Positions 33,379 to 43,286 of a stretch of 48,599 nt of DNA are shown here, one piece after another. The translations under genes were made by a program, and so were the position numbers. The DNA is from an uncultured Aquificaceae bacterium. Its GTDB lineage: Bacteria; Aquificota; Aquificia; Aquificales; Aquificaceae. The stretch is taken from contig CAZDZN010000002.1 of assembly GCA_964509905.1 (NCBI GenBank), positions 1-48,599 of the forward strand, given 5' to 3'. Within the stretch, counting starts at the first letter, position 1; each line of letters opens with the position of its first letter. The notes under the pieces are model-generated. The model searched no databases. It was not told where the DNA came from and was given only the letters and a program-made list of their open reading frames with translations.

Positions 33379-33896
33379 TTATGATAACGGTCTATTGCTT
33401 TTTTTAACTCCTCTGCTGCTTTTTCTTTGGGTAAGAAATTTTTTAATTTTACCCATTTTCCTTGCTCTAATTCTTTATAGTGTTCAAAGAAATGTTTTAT
33501 CTTATCTTTTATATGAGAAGGTATATCCTCTATATCTTTTATATATGAAAACTCTGGATCTATTTTTTTATGAGGTACTGCTAAAAGTTTCGTGTCTATA
33601 CCAGCCTCATCTTCCATCTCAAGCATACCCACCAAAGAACATCTTATTACAGAACCAGGGATTACGGAAAAGTTTGAAATCACCAAAATATCCGCTGGGT
33701 CTCCATCTTCGGATAGAGTATTTGGTACGAATCCATAGTTAAAAGGATAATACATTGCTGTAAAAAGCACCCTGTCTACAAATATCGCACTACTTTCCTT
33801 GTCTAATTCATACTTGATGCTGCTATCTTTGGGAATTTCGATAAAAGCGTAAATATCCTCTGGCGGGTTTTTGCTAACTATCTTGTCCAAATCCAT
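33375..33896 (-). CDS. ppa: Inorganic pyrophosphatase
   Basis: KYELDK, YPFNYG, DGDPAD, HFFEHYK; SD GGAGG supports start 33896. Confidence 0.96.
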   Translation of the reverse strand: MDLDKIVSKNPPEDIYAFIEIPKDSSIKYELDKESSAIFVDRVLFTAMYYPFNYGFVPNTLSEDGDPADILVISNFSVIPGSVIRCSLVGMLEMEDEAGIDTKLLAVPHKKIDPEFSYIKDIEDIPSHIKDKIKHFFEHYKELEQGKWVKLKNFLPKEKAAEELKKAIDRYHK

Positions 33897-33949
33897 AAAA
33901 TTACCTCCTTGTTGGGTTGTACTCATATTATACTAAAATCGAAAAACTT

Positions 33950-35008
33950 TTATCTTCCAAAGTAAGTGACAGGATCTATGGGGGTTCCATCTTTACTCCG
34001 TAGTTCAAAATGAAGCTCGCATTTGGAAGTGCCGGGTTTTTCACCCACAAGCCCTATCGTTTGACCTTTCATCACCGTTTGACCTTTTTTCACAAACAGT
34101 TTTTTGTTGTATGCGTAAACCGTGATAATTCCTCCTCCATCCACTATAGCCATATTCCCATAAGCTGCTAAATCATTTCCGCTATAAACCACTATGCCCG
34201 AGTTTATCGTCTTTATAGGTTCGCCACAATTAGTGATTATATTTATGCCTCTTTGAGCTCTTTCTATCTGACCTTCTACTGGAAGAGGTATTCTTACTTT
34301 AGATGGTTTTGCCTCCTCTTGCGTAAGTTCTTGAAGATTTTCCGGTATTTGCCTTTTTGTAGTCATTGGATGTCGTTGTTCAATTTTTTTTGGTGTTATC
34401 CTATGAGTTTTTGCTAGGAGTTTTTTCCTTTTAAACTCCTCTTTTTTACCAAGTTTTACCACCATACCTTTGGTTAGGTTTTTATCCCGTAGCTCCGGAT
34501 TTAAACGCTCTAACACTCTTAAAGGTATACCAGTGACATCTGATACATCTTTCAGTGTCCCACCGCGCCTTATTACATATATCTTATATTTTCTTTCGTA
34601 TCTTTTTTTCATATATTCTGAGTTATAAGGAACTTTTATAGTCTCTCCTCTTCTCAAAAAGCTTTTATGAAGATCATTTAACTCTTTTAACTCTCTTATA
34701 GATGTACCAAATTTCTCGGCTAATAACGAAAGCGTATCTCCATTCCTTACTTTGTAGCTCATCGTTGGTACTTTTGGTTTTTTTGGCTTATAAGGAATGC
34801 AAATTTTTTTACCTATGGATAAGAACTTGTGTTTTCTAAGAGAGGGGTTGGCTTCTTTTATAGACGAAGTATAGACGTGGAATTTAAGAGCGATGCCGTC
34901 TATCGTATCTCCTTTTCTGATTTTGTAATAATGGCATTCGTAAGCATTCGCTCCAAATAAAAGCCCTAAACTAGTACAAAATATCAAAGCTTTTTGGATA
35001 ATCTTCAT
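33950..35008 (-). CDS. LysM-repeat / M23-domain protein (NlpD-like)
   Basis: Signal peptide, LysM repeats (KGDTI, NGDTL, GGTL), M23 fold YGN..VKKGQTV..LHFE. Confidence 0.85.
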   Translation of the reverse strand: MKIIQKALIFCTSLGLLFGANAYECHYYKIRKGDTIDGIALKFHVYTSSIKEANPSLRKHKFLSIGKKICIPYKPKKPKVPTMSYKVRNGDTLSLLAEKFGTSIRELKELNDLHKSFLRRGETIKVPYNSEYMKKRYERKYKIYVIRRGGTLKDVSDVTGIPLRVLERLNPELRDKNLTKGMVVKLGKKEEFKRKKLLAKTHRITPKKIEQRHPMTTKRQIPENLQELTQEEAKPSKVRIPLPVEGQIERAQRGINIITNCGEPIKTINSGIVVYSGNDLAAYGNMAIVDGGGIITVYAYNKKLFVKKGQTVMKGQTIGLVGEKPGTSKCELHFELRSKDGTPIDPVTYFGR

Positions 35009-35252
35009 CTTCAAAAACCTCCATATCATAGTCTATGTTTGACACAAAAGCGTGCTTTGGACCTATCTTTAACTTTTCTAAAAACATCTCCAAGAGTTCT
35101 TTTCCTCCTATGGCCTCAAACTCCACAGAACCATCTTTTAAATTTTTTACATATCCTTGTAGACCAAGTTCATTGGCTACATCTCTCACAAAAGCCCTGA
35201 AGCCAACACCTTGGACTCTTCCAATTACCCTGCCTTTTAGAATATACTTCAT
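34971..35252 (-). CDS. acyP: Acylphosphatase
   Basis: GRVQGVGFR, GYVKNLKDGSVE. Confidence 0.93.
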   Translation of the reverse strand: MKYILKGRVIGRVQGVGFRAFVRDVANELGLQGYVKNLKDGSVEFEAIGGKELLEMFLEKLKIGPKHAFVSNIDYDMEVFEDEDYPKSFDILY

Positions 35253-35397
35253 GGAACAAAAATTATAGCATACAAAATTAATTTTCATCAATGATAACAA
35301 TGTGGATTAATATATATTATGTTTTTGCTATCTGGTGTTTTTCCAAACCACACCAAACTTGCTCATTAGTGCTAAAATATTAATAAGGAGGTGCAAT

Positions 35398-36357
35398 ATG
35401 AAAAGTGCATTGGATATGATTCAAAGTTTTTCAGAGCAATTTGGGGTTTTAGATATTAAAAATATACTTCCAAGAGATTATTCCATGATAGTATTTAGTG
35501 GAATGGGGGGCTCTGGTATCGTGGGAGAGATTATGAAATCTTATCTTATCAAAAATGGATGCAAAAAACCCGTATTTTCTATAAAAGGATACGAGCTTTT
35601 ACCATTCGTGGATAAAGATGCTTTGGTTATATGCATATCTTATAGCGGAGATACAGAAGAGACTATATCTGTTTTCGAACAAGCCAAGGACTTAGGCACC
35701 AACATCATATCCATTAGCTCTGGGGGTAAGTTGGAGAAACTATCAGATGAAGCATCTATGCCTCACATCAAAATCCCAACAGGCTATCCACCTCGCTATG
35801 CCCTTGGGTTTATGCTAAACGCTTGTTTATCGCTTTTAGGAAAAGAAGAGGAGATAGTAGATTTAAAAGAGGATCTTTCTAAAAGCGCAAAAACTTATGA
35901 AGAGAGTTCAAAAGATATTGCCAAATCCCTTTTTGGATATGTACCTATCATATACGGCACGCCTCTTATGGAAGCCGCTGCTTATAGGTTTAAAACCCAG
36001 ATAAACGAAAACTCAAAGACTCCCGCTTACAACGCATATATACCAGAGATGCATCACAATGAAGTGGTGGGCTATACAAACCCTGAGATAAACAAATATT
36101 TGAGGTTTGTGATAGTAGCGGATAAAAAAGAGCATCCAAGAGTGTCTCTAAGGGTATCCATGACGATAGACATCTTAAAAGACAAGGGTTTCAATCCAAT
36201 CCTCATATCCGAAGAAGGTAATTCCTACATTTCAAGGCTTTTAAAAAACATATACGTAGGGGATTTTGCCAGCTATCACTTGGCAGAGCTGTATGGCTTT
36301 GACCCATTACCGGTGGACATCATAAGCTATGTGAAAAAGAGGTTAGCAGATGGATAG
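35398..36357 (+). CDS. Bifunctional phosphoglucose/phosphomannose isomerase
   Basis: GMGGSG, SYSGDTEET, PPR, QINENSK, PEMHHNE; SD AAGGAGG. Confidence 0.92.
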   Translation: MKSALDMIQSFSEQFGVLDIKNILPRDYSMIVFSGMGGSGIVGEIMKSYLIKNGCKKPVFSIKGYELLPFVDKDALVICISYSGDTEETISVFEQAKDLGTNIISISSGGKLEKLSDEASMPHIKIPTGYPPRYALGFMLNACLSLLGKEEEIVDLKEDLSKSAKTYEESSKDIAKSLFGYVPIIYGTPLMEAAAYRFKTQINENSKTPAYNAYIPEMHHNEVVGYTNPEINKYLRFVIVADKKEHPRVSLRVSMTIDILKDKGFNPILISEEGNSYISRLLKNIYVGDFASYHLAELYGFDPLPVDIISYVKKRLADG

Positions 36358-37465
36358 AGTTAGGTTTGCAGAATCACCTTTCGAAGGACATCCGGATAAG
36401 CTTGCGGATATTATATCCGATGAAATATTAGACGAGTTTATGAAAAAAGACCCTTTTAGCAGGGTCTCGATAAATGTGTTGCTTAGTTCTGGTATTGTAT
36501 TTATAGCGGGAGAGGTCTCATCTTCTGCTTATGTGGATTTACAATACATCTCTAAAAAAGCTATAAAAGAAGTAGGTTATACTAAGCCAGATTTTGGTTT
36601 TGATGGAGATTTGGTAGGAGTGATGAACTCTATAAACGAACAAAATCCAGAGATAGCCCTTTGCATAGCCTCAGAGGGTGCTGGGGATAGTGCCATAGTG
36701 GTGGGTTATGCCACAGATGAAACTGAAAACTTTTTACCAGCTCCTATCTATTATGCTCATAAAATCTCAAAAATCACATCTGATTTTAGAAAAAAAGGTA
36801 TTATGCCTTTTCTAAGGCCAGACGGTAAAACGATAGTGGGTATAAGATACGAAGAGGATAAGTTTTATATAGATTCTATAAACATGTTTGTTCAGCATGA
36901 TCCAGATATAAGCTTATCCCATCTTAGAGAGCTCATCTTTGAAGATATCATAAGAAAATACATTCCCTCAGAGCTTTTAAGAAAAGACACCAAGATAAAG
37001 ATAAATCCAGCAGGTAGGTTTATCATAGGAGGGCCAGTGTCAGATACTGGAATTACCGGAAGAAAAATAATATCAGATGCATACGGAGATATATCGTTTT
37101 CAGGCGGAAGTGCATTTTCCGGGAAAGACCCCACAAAAACAGACAGAGCCGCCTCTTACATGGCAAGATATATAGCTAAGCACATAGTGGGAGCAAAGTG
37201 GGCTAAAAAAGTGCTTATACAGATAGCCTATGCTTTTGGCGTGAAAGAACCCATAGGCTTTGACATAGAAACTTTTGGCACAGAGACAAAGCCAATAGAC
37301 GAGATTAAAAAGAGAATCTTAGAGGTGTTTAGCCTATACCCAAAAGATATCATAGATATGCTTGATCTTAGAAAACCCATATACAAAAAAACCGCCTGTT
37401 ATGGACATTTTGGGAAAGAGGGACTTCCTTGGGAAAATCTCGATAAGTTAGAGTATTTTTCATGA
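36350..37465 (+). CDS. metK: S-adenosylmethionine synthetase
   Basis: EGHPDK, GAGD, RPDGK, TGRKII, AFSGKDPTK, YGHFG. Confidence 0.93.
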   Translation: MDRVRFAESPFEGHPDKLADIISDEILDEFMKKDPFSRVSINVLLSSGIVFIAGEVSSSAYVDLQYISKKAIKEVGYTKPDFGFDGDLVGVMNSINEQNPEIALCIASEGAGDSAIVVGYATDETENFLPAPIYYAHKISKITSDFRKKGIMPFLRPDGKTIVGIRYEEDKFYIDSINMFVQHDPDISLSHLRELIFEDIIRKYIPSELLRKDTKIKINPAGRFIIGGPVSDTGITGRKIISDAYGDISFSGGSAFSGKDPTKTDRAASYMARYIAKHIVGAKWAKKVLIQIAYAFGVKEPIGFDIETFGTETKPIDEIKKRILEVFSLYPKDIIDMLDLRKPIYKKTACYGHFGKEGLPWENLDKLEYFS

Positions 37466-38658
37466 AGGTAAATTTTGTAAATTTGGGATGTCCTAAAAAC
37501 CTTGTGGATTCAGAAAATCTCATGGGATTTTTTAAAAAAGAAGACATCACTTCATATCATAAGGCGGATGCTGTTGTCATAAACACCTGCTCTTTCATAG
37601 AACAAGCCAAAAGAGAATCCATAGACGAGATACTAAAAGCCCTAAACTCAGGCAAGAAAGTGTATGTCACAGGGTGTATGGTTTATAGATATAAAGATAT
37701 CTTGCAAAAAGAGATACCAGAGGCGGTATTTTTTGAAAACATAAACGAGATAAAAAATTTAACATCGATAGATATTCCAAAAAGAGCTATCACCACAAAA
37801 CACTATGCATACCTTAAAATTGCCGAAGGATGCAACAGAAAATGCTCTTTTTGTGCCATCCCCTCCATAAGAGGAACTCACCGCTCAAAATTTATCCAAG
37901 AGCTAATAGAAGAGGCTAAGTATTTAAAAGACCGAGGGACAAAAGAGCTTATAGTAGTATCCCAAGATACGCTTTACTATAACGAAGACAATACTTTCAA
38001 AAGCATAGTAAAACTGTTAGAGGCTCTGGAAAAGCTCGAATTTCCTTGGATAAGGCTTATGTATCTATATCCAAATGCTATCACAGATGAACTTTTGGAT
38101 TTTATCTCAAACTCAAATTCTGTATTGTCTTATTTTGACATACCCCTTCAACACATATCTAATAGAGTGTTAAGTAGCATGAGAAGAGGGTATAAAAAGG
38201 AAGATGTTTTTAGGCTTTTAGAAAAAATAAACACCAAGATTGAAAATCCTATTCTAAGGACTTCTTTTATAGTGGGCTATCCAGAGGAGAGTGAGAGAGA
38301 TTTTGATGAACTTATGAATTTTGTAAAAGAAGGATTTTTCCAGTTTGTGGGGGTTTTTAAATACTCTCACGAAGAGAGTACTCACGCATATGCTCTTAAA
38401 GATTCGCTCGATGAAGAAAAAGAGTTTAGATTTAGAGAGCTATTTAATCTCTCTCAAGATGTCCTTGATATCAAAAACCAGTCTCTTGCGGGAAAAGAGA
38501 TAGATATACTGATAGAGTCAAAGACTAAAGCCAGGGCTTATTTTCAAGCTCCTGATATAGATGGGATTTGTATGTTGGAGCATCCTTTGAAACCAGGAAT
38601 CATCAAAAAAGCAAGAGTTATAGGGGCGTTAGGGACAGATTTGGTAGTGGATGTATGA
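37462..38658 (+). CDS. rimO: Ribosomal protein S12 methylthiotransferase
   Basis: LGCPKNLVDSE, YAYLKIAEGCNRKCSFC, RLMYLYP, QAPDIDG. Confidence 0.95.
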   Translation: MKVNFVNLGCPKNLVDSENLMGFFKKEDITSYHKADAVVINTCSFIEQAKRESIDEILKALNSGKKVYVTGCMVYRYKDILQKEIPEAVFFENINEIKNLTSIDIPKRAITTKHYAYLKIAEGCNRKCSFCAIPSIRGTHRSKFIQELIEEAKYLKDRGTKELIVVSQDTLYYNEDNTFKSIVKLLEALEKLEFPWIRLMYLYPNAITDELLDFISNSNSVLSYFDIPLQHISNRVLSSMRRGYKKEDVFRLLEKINTKIENPILRTSFIVGYPEESERDFDELMNFVKEGFFQFVGVFKYSHEESTHAYALKDSLDEEKEFRFRELFNLSQDVLDIKNQSLAGKEIDILIESKTKARAYFQAPDIDGICMLEHPLKPGIIKKARVIGALGTDLVVDV

Positions 38659-39428
38659 TACTTTATATTTTGAATATAGTGTGTTATCTTGGGGCATTTT
38701 TTAGTTTTCTGCTTTTTACATTAAAATCCAAAAATACGATAAAGCAAAGCCTTTTACTCATACTTTTTGGTAATATATTTTATCTTGTAAAACTTGTTTT
38801 AAATATAAAAGAGGGTGTAATATTTGAAAATATAGACTCTATAATAGGGTTTTCTGGGAATATTATTATGCTTTTTTATGGGATTTTGCTTACAAGGTTT
38901 AGAAATTTAGAGAGCATAGGTTTTATCATATCCTTTGTAGGATTCATATTTAGTATGGCAAATCTTAGAAACTTGTTCTTACATCAAAACCATAACCTCT
39001 TAAACCCTATATTTTTAATTCACATAATAAGTGCTGGGCTTTCATACTCTTTTATTATGCTTGGGGGTATTTTTTCACTTTTAAAACTTTTATCTGAAAA
39101 GCAGATAAAACAAAAACATTTTTCTAAGGCCTATGTACCAATATATACCCTTATTTTTATAGAAAAATTATCTATCAACATGAGTTTTATATTCCTTACT
39201 TCTACGCTTTTGTTTGGTGTGCTCTGGTCCTTTTACTATGAGGATAGATTTTATGTAGATCCAAAGATTATAGCTATATCTTTTTTGTGGTTTTATTATG
39301 CGATACTTGTACACTTTTACATATTTAGGTCTCTAAAGCCAAGTACGATATCCCTTTTATCCGCAATAGGAAGCACTATTACATTGATATCTGTGATTTT
39401 TATAAAACATAACATTGTGATGAGGTAG
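38655..39428 (+). CDS. Cytochrome c assembly (CcsA/HemX-like) membrane protein
   Basis: Multi-TM; IHII, LLFGVLWS..DPK, terminal His; WWD region degenerate. Confidence 0.7.
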   Translation: MILYILNIVCYLGAFFSFLLFTLKSKNTIKQSLLLILFGNIFYLVKLVLNIKEGVIFENIDSIIGFSGNIIMLFYGILLTRFRNLESIGFIISFVGFIFSMANLRNLFLHQNHNLLNPIFLIHIISAGLSYSFIMLGGIFSLLKLLSEKQIKQKHFSKAYVPIYTLIFIEKLSINMSFIFLTSTLLFGVLWSFYYEDRFYVDPKIIAISFLWFYYAILVHFYIFRSLKPSTISLLSAIGSTITLISVIFIKHNIVMR

Positions 39429-39431
39429 TTT

Positions 39432-40793
39432 ATGAAAGCATGGAGTGGTAGATTTAAAGAGCCCACATTAAAAGAAGTGGAAGAGTTTACAGAGTCTATA
39501 TCTTTTGATAAAAACTTAGCTCTTTACGATATCATCCAAGATTTAGCGCATTTGGAAGCCCTTTTAAAAGCAGGAGTTATAGACGAGAAAGCCTATCAAA
39601 ATATAAAAAATGGGTTAATGAGTATAAAAAAAGAGATAGAGGAAAATAAATTTAACTTTGATATATCAAAAGAAGATGTGCATATGAACATAGAATCAAG
39701 ACTTTACGAGCTAATAGGCGAGGATGCTAAAAAACTCCACACCGGACGCTCCAGAAACGACCAAGTAAATACGGATTTAAGGCTTTACCTAAAAGATAAA
39801 ATATTTGAAGTTTATAGGCTTTTAAAAAAATTAAGAAAAATACTTGTACTAAAAGCCAAAGAGTACGAAGATATCATAATACCAGCATATACTCACCTTC
39901 AAAGGGCTCAACCTGTATTGGGCTCTCATTATCTTTTGGCTTTCAAAGAAGCACTTTTAAGAGACTCAGAAAGGCTTTTAGATGCTTATAGACGCATAGA
40001 CTCACTGAGCTTAGGATCTGGGGCATTGGCGGGGTCTGATTTTGCATTGGATAGATTTTTAGAGGCAAGTATTTTAAACTTTTCAAAAGTTTTAAGAAAC
40101 TCTATGGACGGGGTGGCGGATAGGGATTTTGCGTTAGAGTATTTGTTTGCTCTTAGTAGCATAGCCATGCATCTATCTCGTATGGCGGAAGATTTTATAA
40201 TATTTAATACAGAGGAGTTTAAATTTATAGAGCTTGCGGATAGCATATGTACTGGAAGCTCTATCATGCCAAACAAGAAAAATCCAGATGTTTTGGAGCT
40301 CATAAGAGGAAAAACTGGAAGAGTATATGGAGACCTTTTAAACCTTATGGTAAATCTAAAAGGGCTTCCTATGGCTTATAACCGAGACCTCCAAGAGGAC
40401 AAAGAACCCATTTTTGATGCTACAAATACTATTATTAAAAGCCTAAAAATGATGACAATAGTAATAGAGAGTTTAAAGTTTAACCCTGATATATATGCGG
40501 AAAATCTTTTACTTGCCACAGACCTTGCAAACTTTTTGGTGGAAAATGATGTGCCTTTTAGAGAAGCTCACCATGTAGTAGGAGCCATCGTTTCATATGC
40601 GATAGAACACCAAAAGCCCTTGGAGTCTTTATCAAAAGAAGAGCTTCAAAGATTTTCAAAATATTTTGAAACGGATGCAAAGTACATCGTATCAAAAGAA
40701 AAATCCATAGCCCGTAAAAAGACTTACGGGAGCACCAACAAGGAGTTTGTAAAAAAACAGCTAAATATCTCAGCTCAGGAAGAGGATATTTAA
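39432..40793 (+). CDS. argH: Argininosuccinate lyase
   Basis: WSGRF, HTGRSRNDQ, YTHLQRAQP, GSSIMPNKKNPD. Confidence 0.98.
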   Translation: MKAWSGRFKEPTLKEVEEFTESISFDKNLALYDIIQDLAHLEALLKAGVIDEKAYQNIKNGLMSIKKEIEENKFNFDISKEDVHMNIESRLYELIGEDAKKLHTGRSRNDQVNTDLRLYLKDKIFEVYRLLKKLRKILVLKAKEYEDIIIPAYTHLQRAQPVLGSHYLLAFKEALLRDSERLLDAYRRIDSLSLGSGALAGSDFALDRFLEASILNFSKVLRNSMDGVADRDFALEYLFALSSIAMHLSRMAEDFIIFNTEEFKFIELADSICTGSSIMPNKKNPDVLELIRGKTGRVYGDLLNLMVNLKGLPMAYNRDLQEDKEPIFDATNTIIKSLKMMTIVIESLKFNPDIYAENLLLATDLANFLVENDVPFREAHHVVGAIVSYAIEHQKPLESLSKEELQRFSKYFETDAKYIVSKEKSIARKKTYGSTNKEFVKKQLNISAQEEDI

Positions 40794-40832
40794 ACTCATT
40801 GCTAAAATATGTAAAAGTTTTATATTTATTTT

Positions 40833-41174
40833 ATGACAAAAGCTAATAGAGGGCTTACGCTAACAGAGGTAATGGTAAGTTTAGCACTCTTGGCGATAGG
40901 GGTGTTGGTATTTGCCGCTATGCAATCCTTTTTTGCCTCTGACACGCAAAATAGATTTATATATGGATGTCTTACCACATCAGCTTCAAATGCGTTGGCT
41001 TTGTGCCTTAGCGGACAACCTGTATCCTCTTCTATACAATGTGGTGGAACCCAAGTTAATATATCTCAGTCTGGAATTTGCCAACCTACTAACTCTTGTA
41101 ATACAGTGATATTCACAGCATCTTATAGGGGATTTTCATATCAGGAGAGCGATTATGCATGCCCAAACCAATAA
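40833..41174 (+). CDS. Type IV minor pilin-like protein (PilV-like)
   Basis: Class III signal RG|LTLTEVMVSLALL with Glu5. Confidence 0.8.
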   Translation: MTKANRGLTLTEVMVSLALLAIGVLVFAAMQSFFASDTQNRFIYGCLTTSASNALALCLSGQPVSSSIQCGGTQVNISQSGICQPTNSCNTVIFTASYRGFSYQESDYACPNQ

Positions 41175-42033
41175 ATCCAAGGCTTTTACGATAGTAGAGA
41201 TGCTTGTGGCTATAGCTATGTTTGCACTCTTTGAGCTATACGAATCCACCCAAAGGATATTTTTCAATACAAACTCTATATCTGGGGCTACCGAAGAAGC
41301 ATACAACGCATATGCAATGATGCAAAAGTTTTTTGACAGATGGGGAGTGGGTGTTCCATCAAATACAAACAGCGCCGGAGGATACTTACCGCCAGCTCCA
41401 AATTATATATCTTCATCTTCTGGAAATCCTTGCGATAGCATAAGTTTTTATGGAGATCTTTATGGATTTGGTGTGGTTCAAAGTATTGCAAATGGTGATG
41501 CCGATATGATAAGCTGTAGATTGTCAAGTACGGATAACTCTGGAAATACTCAGTATTATTATCTTGTAAGAGGTGGTAATTTTTATTACTCAAATTCATC
41601 AAATAGTACACCAGATTTGTTTAGTCTTAGCATAAACCCAGACAATATAAGCTGTATATCCTCTACAACTTCAAACGCTGTTATAAGCGGCGATACTATC
41701 CAAGATCTAACAGTCAATAACCCAAGCTTTACAATATCTCCCGGTGATATACTCTATGCGGTGCCTTCTCAAATTACATTCTTTTGTCAGCCAAATCCAA
41801 GCGACAACAACAATCTTTGGCTTTATATCCAAACTATAAACGAAGGAACATCTACTACAAATATAGAACCTGTATCTCCGGTCTCATCTGCACATTTTAA
41901 CACATATCCTTCTGGGTGCACATCTTCTAACTCTTGCAACATGATTGAAGCGGATATAGGGGTAAACTCTCAACAAAAAAACGCCTCTGGAGGGACGTCC
42001 TCCATCACATTTAGCTTTGATTTTTATAAGTAG
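41155..42033 (+). CDS. Type IV minor pilin-like protein (PilW-like)
   Basis: KA|FTIVEMLVAIAM with Glu5; S/N/C-rich globular domain. Confidence 0.75.
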   Translation: MHAQTNKSKAFTIVEMLVAIAMFALFELYESTQRIFFNTNSISGATEEAYNAYAMMQKFFDRWGVGVPSNTNSAGGYLPPAPNYISSSSGNPCDSISFYGDLYGFGVVQSIANGDADMISCRLSSTDNSGNTQYYYLVRGGNFYYSNSSNSTPDLFSLSINPDNISCISSTTSNAVISGDTIQDLTVNNPSFTISPGDILYAVPSQITFFCQPNPSDNNNLWLYIQTINEGTSTTNIEPVSPVSSAHFNTYPSGCTSSNSCNMIEADIGVNSQQKNASGGTSSITFSFDFYK

Positions 42034-42043
42034 GAGGTGTAGT

Positions 42044-43213
42044 ATGTATATTAAAAGCCAAAAACAATCTGGATATATCCTTATTACCACTATGCTTGTG
42101 ATGATAATACTTTTTGTAATAGGTATAGCTGGGGCTATGCTTGTATATTATGGCAATATGACATCGGGGGCTATGATAAACTACTCAAAAGCTTACTACA
42201 ACTCTGATTACGGACTTCAACAAGTAGCTTATAACGCTATGAATGGTATTTGCAATTGTCAAAACAACGGATGCAGTTTTTCTCAAACCCTTCCCACAGG
42301 TGGCTCTGTAAATGTTATCACACAAGCAGATACCAACAATATAACCTGTTTTATAGAATCTATAGGTACAGGTCAAAATGGAGGGCAAGTGGCAAAAGCG
42401 GTGGCAATATCTGGTGGTTCAAGTTGGGCTGCACTCGGAGTGATAAATGGAAGTCTTGATGTTAAAGGTTCTGGTTCTGTGAGTGGATGTGATAGTATGT
42501 GTAATAGTACTGGTATTTTAGAAGGAAACAGTTTAAGTATATATATTCAAAAAGGAGAATATAACGGTTGTACAAATCTGCCACATAATTTGCAAGGTGT
42601 ATATGGCAATCCAGCGACAAATTCTACGAGCTTATCTGATGTAAGTCAGCTGATTACAAAATCTAGCACATTCTCACAGCTTCAAACTGATATACTAACA
42701 CAAGCTCAAACCCAAGGTTGTTATTGTTCTGGAGATGCTACTGCAAGTGGCTCAAGTATTACGTGTGGTTCAAGTCCTCTGCCTACTACTTGCCAATATT
42801 ACTACATAAACGATGATTTAAATGTAAATTCTTCTTACATGCCTAACAATATTCAAACAATATATGCTAATGAATTAGAGATATCGACAAATGGTAATTC
42901 TGTCATAGGTTCACAGTCAGTTCCTGTAATATTGATAGCCAATAGTGCAGATATAACTATGGTAGGAACATCTAGTATAAATGGTCTTCTAATATTTAAC
43001 ACCTTAGATGATTTTAGTATAGGCAACAGCTCAATCTATGGTGCTATGTATGTAAATAATGCTGAGAATACAGACTCAGGTAACGCTTCTATTAATTTTA
43101 ACTACGCCATACTATCACAAATAACCAATGCTTTCCCAAACATCTTTCAACCTATAAACTGTTATTCTCAAGGGACACAAGAATCGCTTTTAAATGCCAG
43201 CACTTTATATTAA
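42044..43213 (+). CDS. Type IV minor pilin-like protein (PilX-like)
   Basis: SG|YILITTMLV lacking Glu5, AYYNSDYG motif; SD AGGAGG supports ATG 42044. Confidence 0.75.
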   Translation: MYIKSQKQSGYILITTMLVMIILFVIGIAGAMLVYYGNMTSGAMINYSKAYYNSDYGLQQVAYNAMNGICNCQNNGCSFSQTLPTGGSVNVITQADTNNITCFIESIGTGQNGGQVAKAVAISGGSSWAALGVINGSLDVKGSGSVSGCDSMCNSTGILEGNSLSIYIQKGEYNGCTNLPHNLQGVYGNPATNSTSLSDVSQLITKSSTFSQLQTDILTQAQTQGCYCSGDATASGSSITCGSSPLPTTCQYYYINDDLNVNSSYMPNNIQTIYANELEISTNGNSVIGSQSVPVILIANSADITMVGTSSINGLLIFNTLDDFSIGNSSIYGAMYVNNAENTDSGNASINFNYAILSQITNAFPNIFQPINCYSQGTQESLLNASTLY

Positions 43214-43286
43214 AAGCATTGAAAATTTTTTAGATAGGATTATATTTGGATAATTATAGTGTATTCGGCACTGGAGGTGAATATAT

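Noticed and set aside
33950-35008. M23 domain lacking the HxxxD zinc ligands (reads QRGINI)
   Set aside because: Expected for NlpD/EnvC-type amidase activators; not novel
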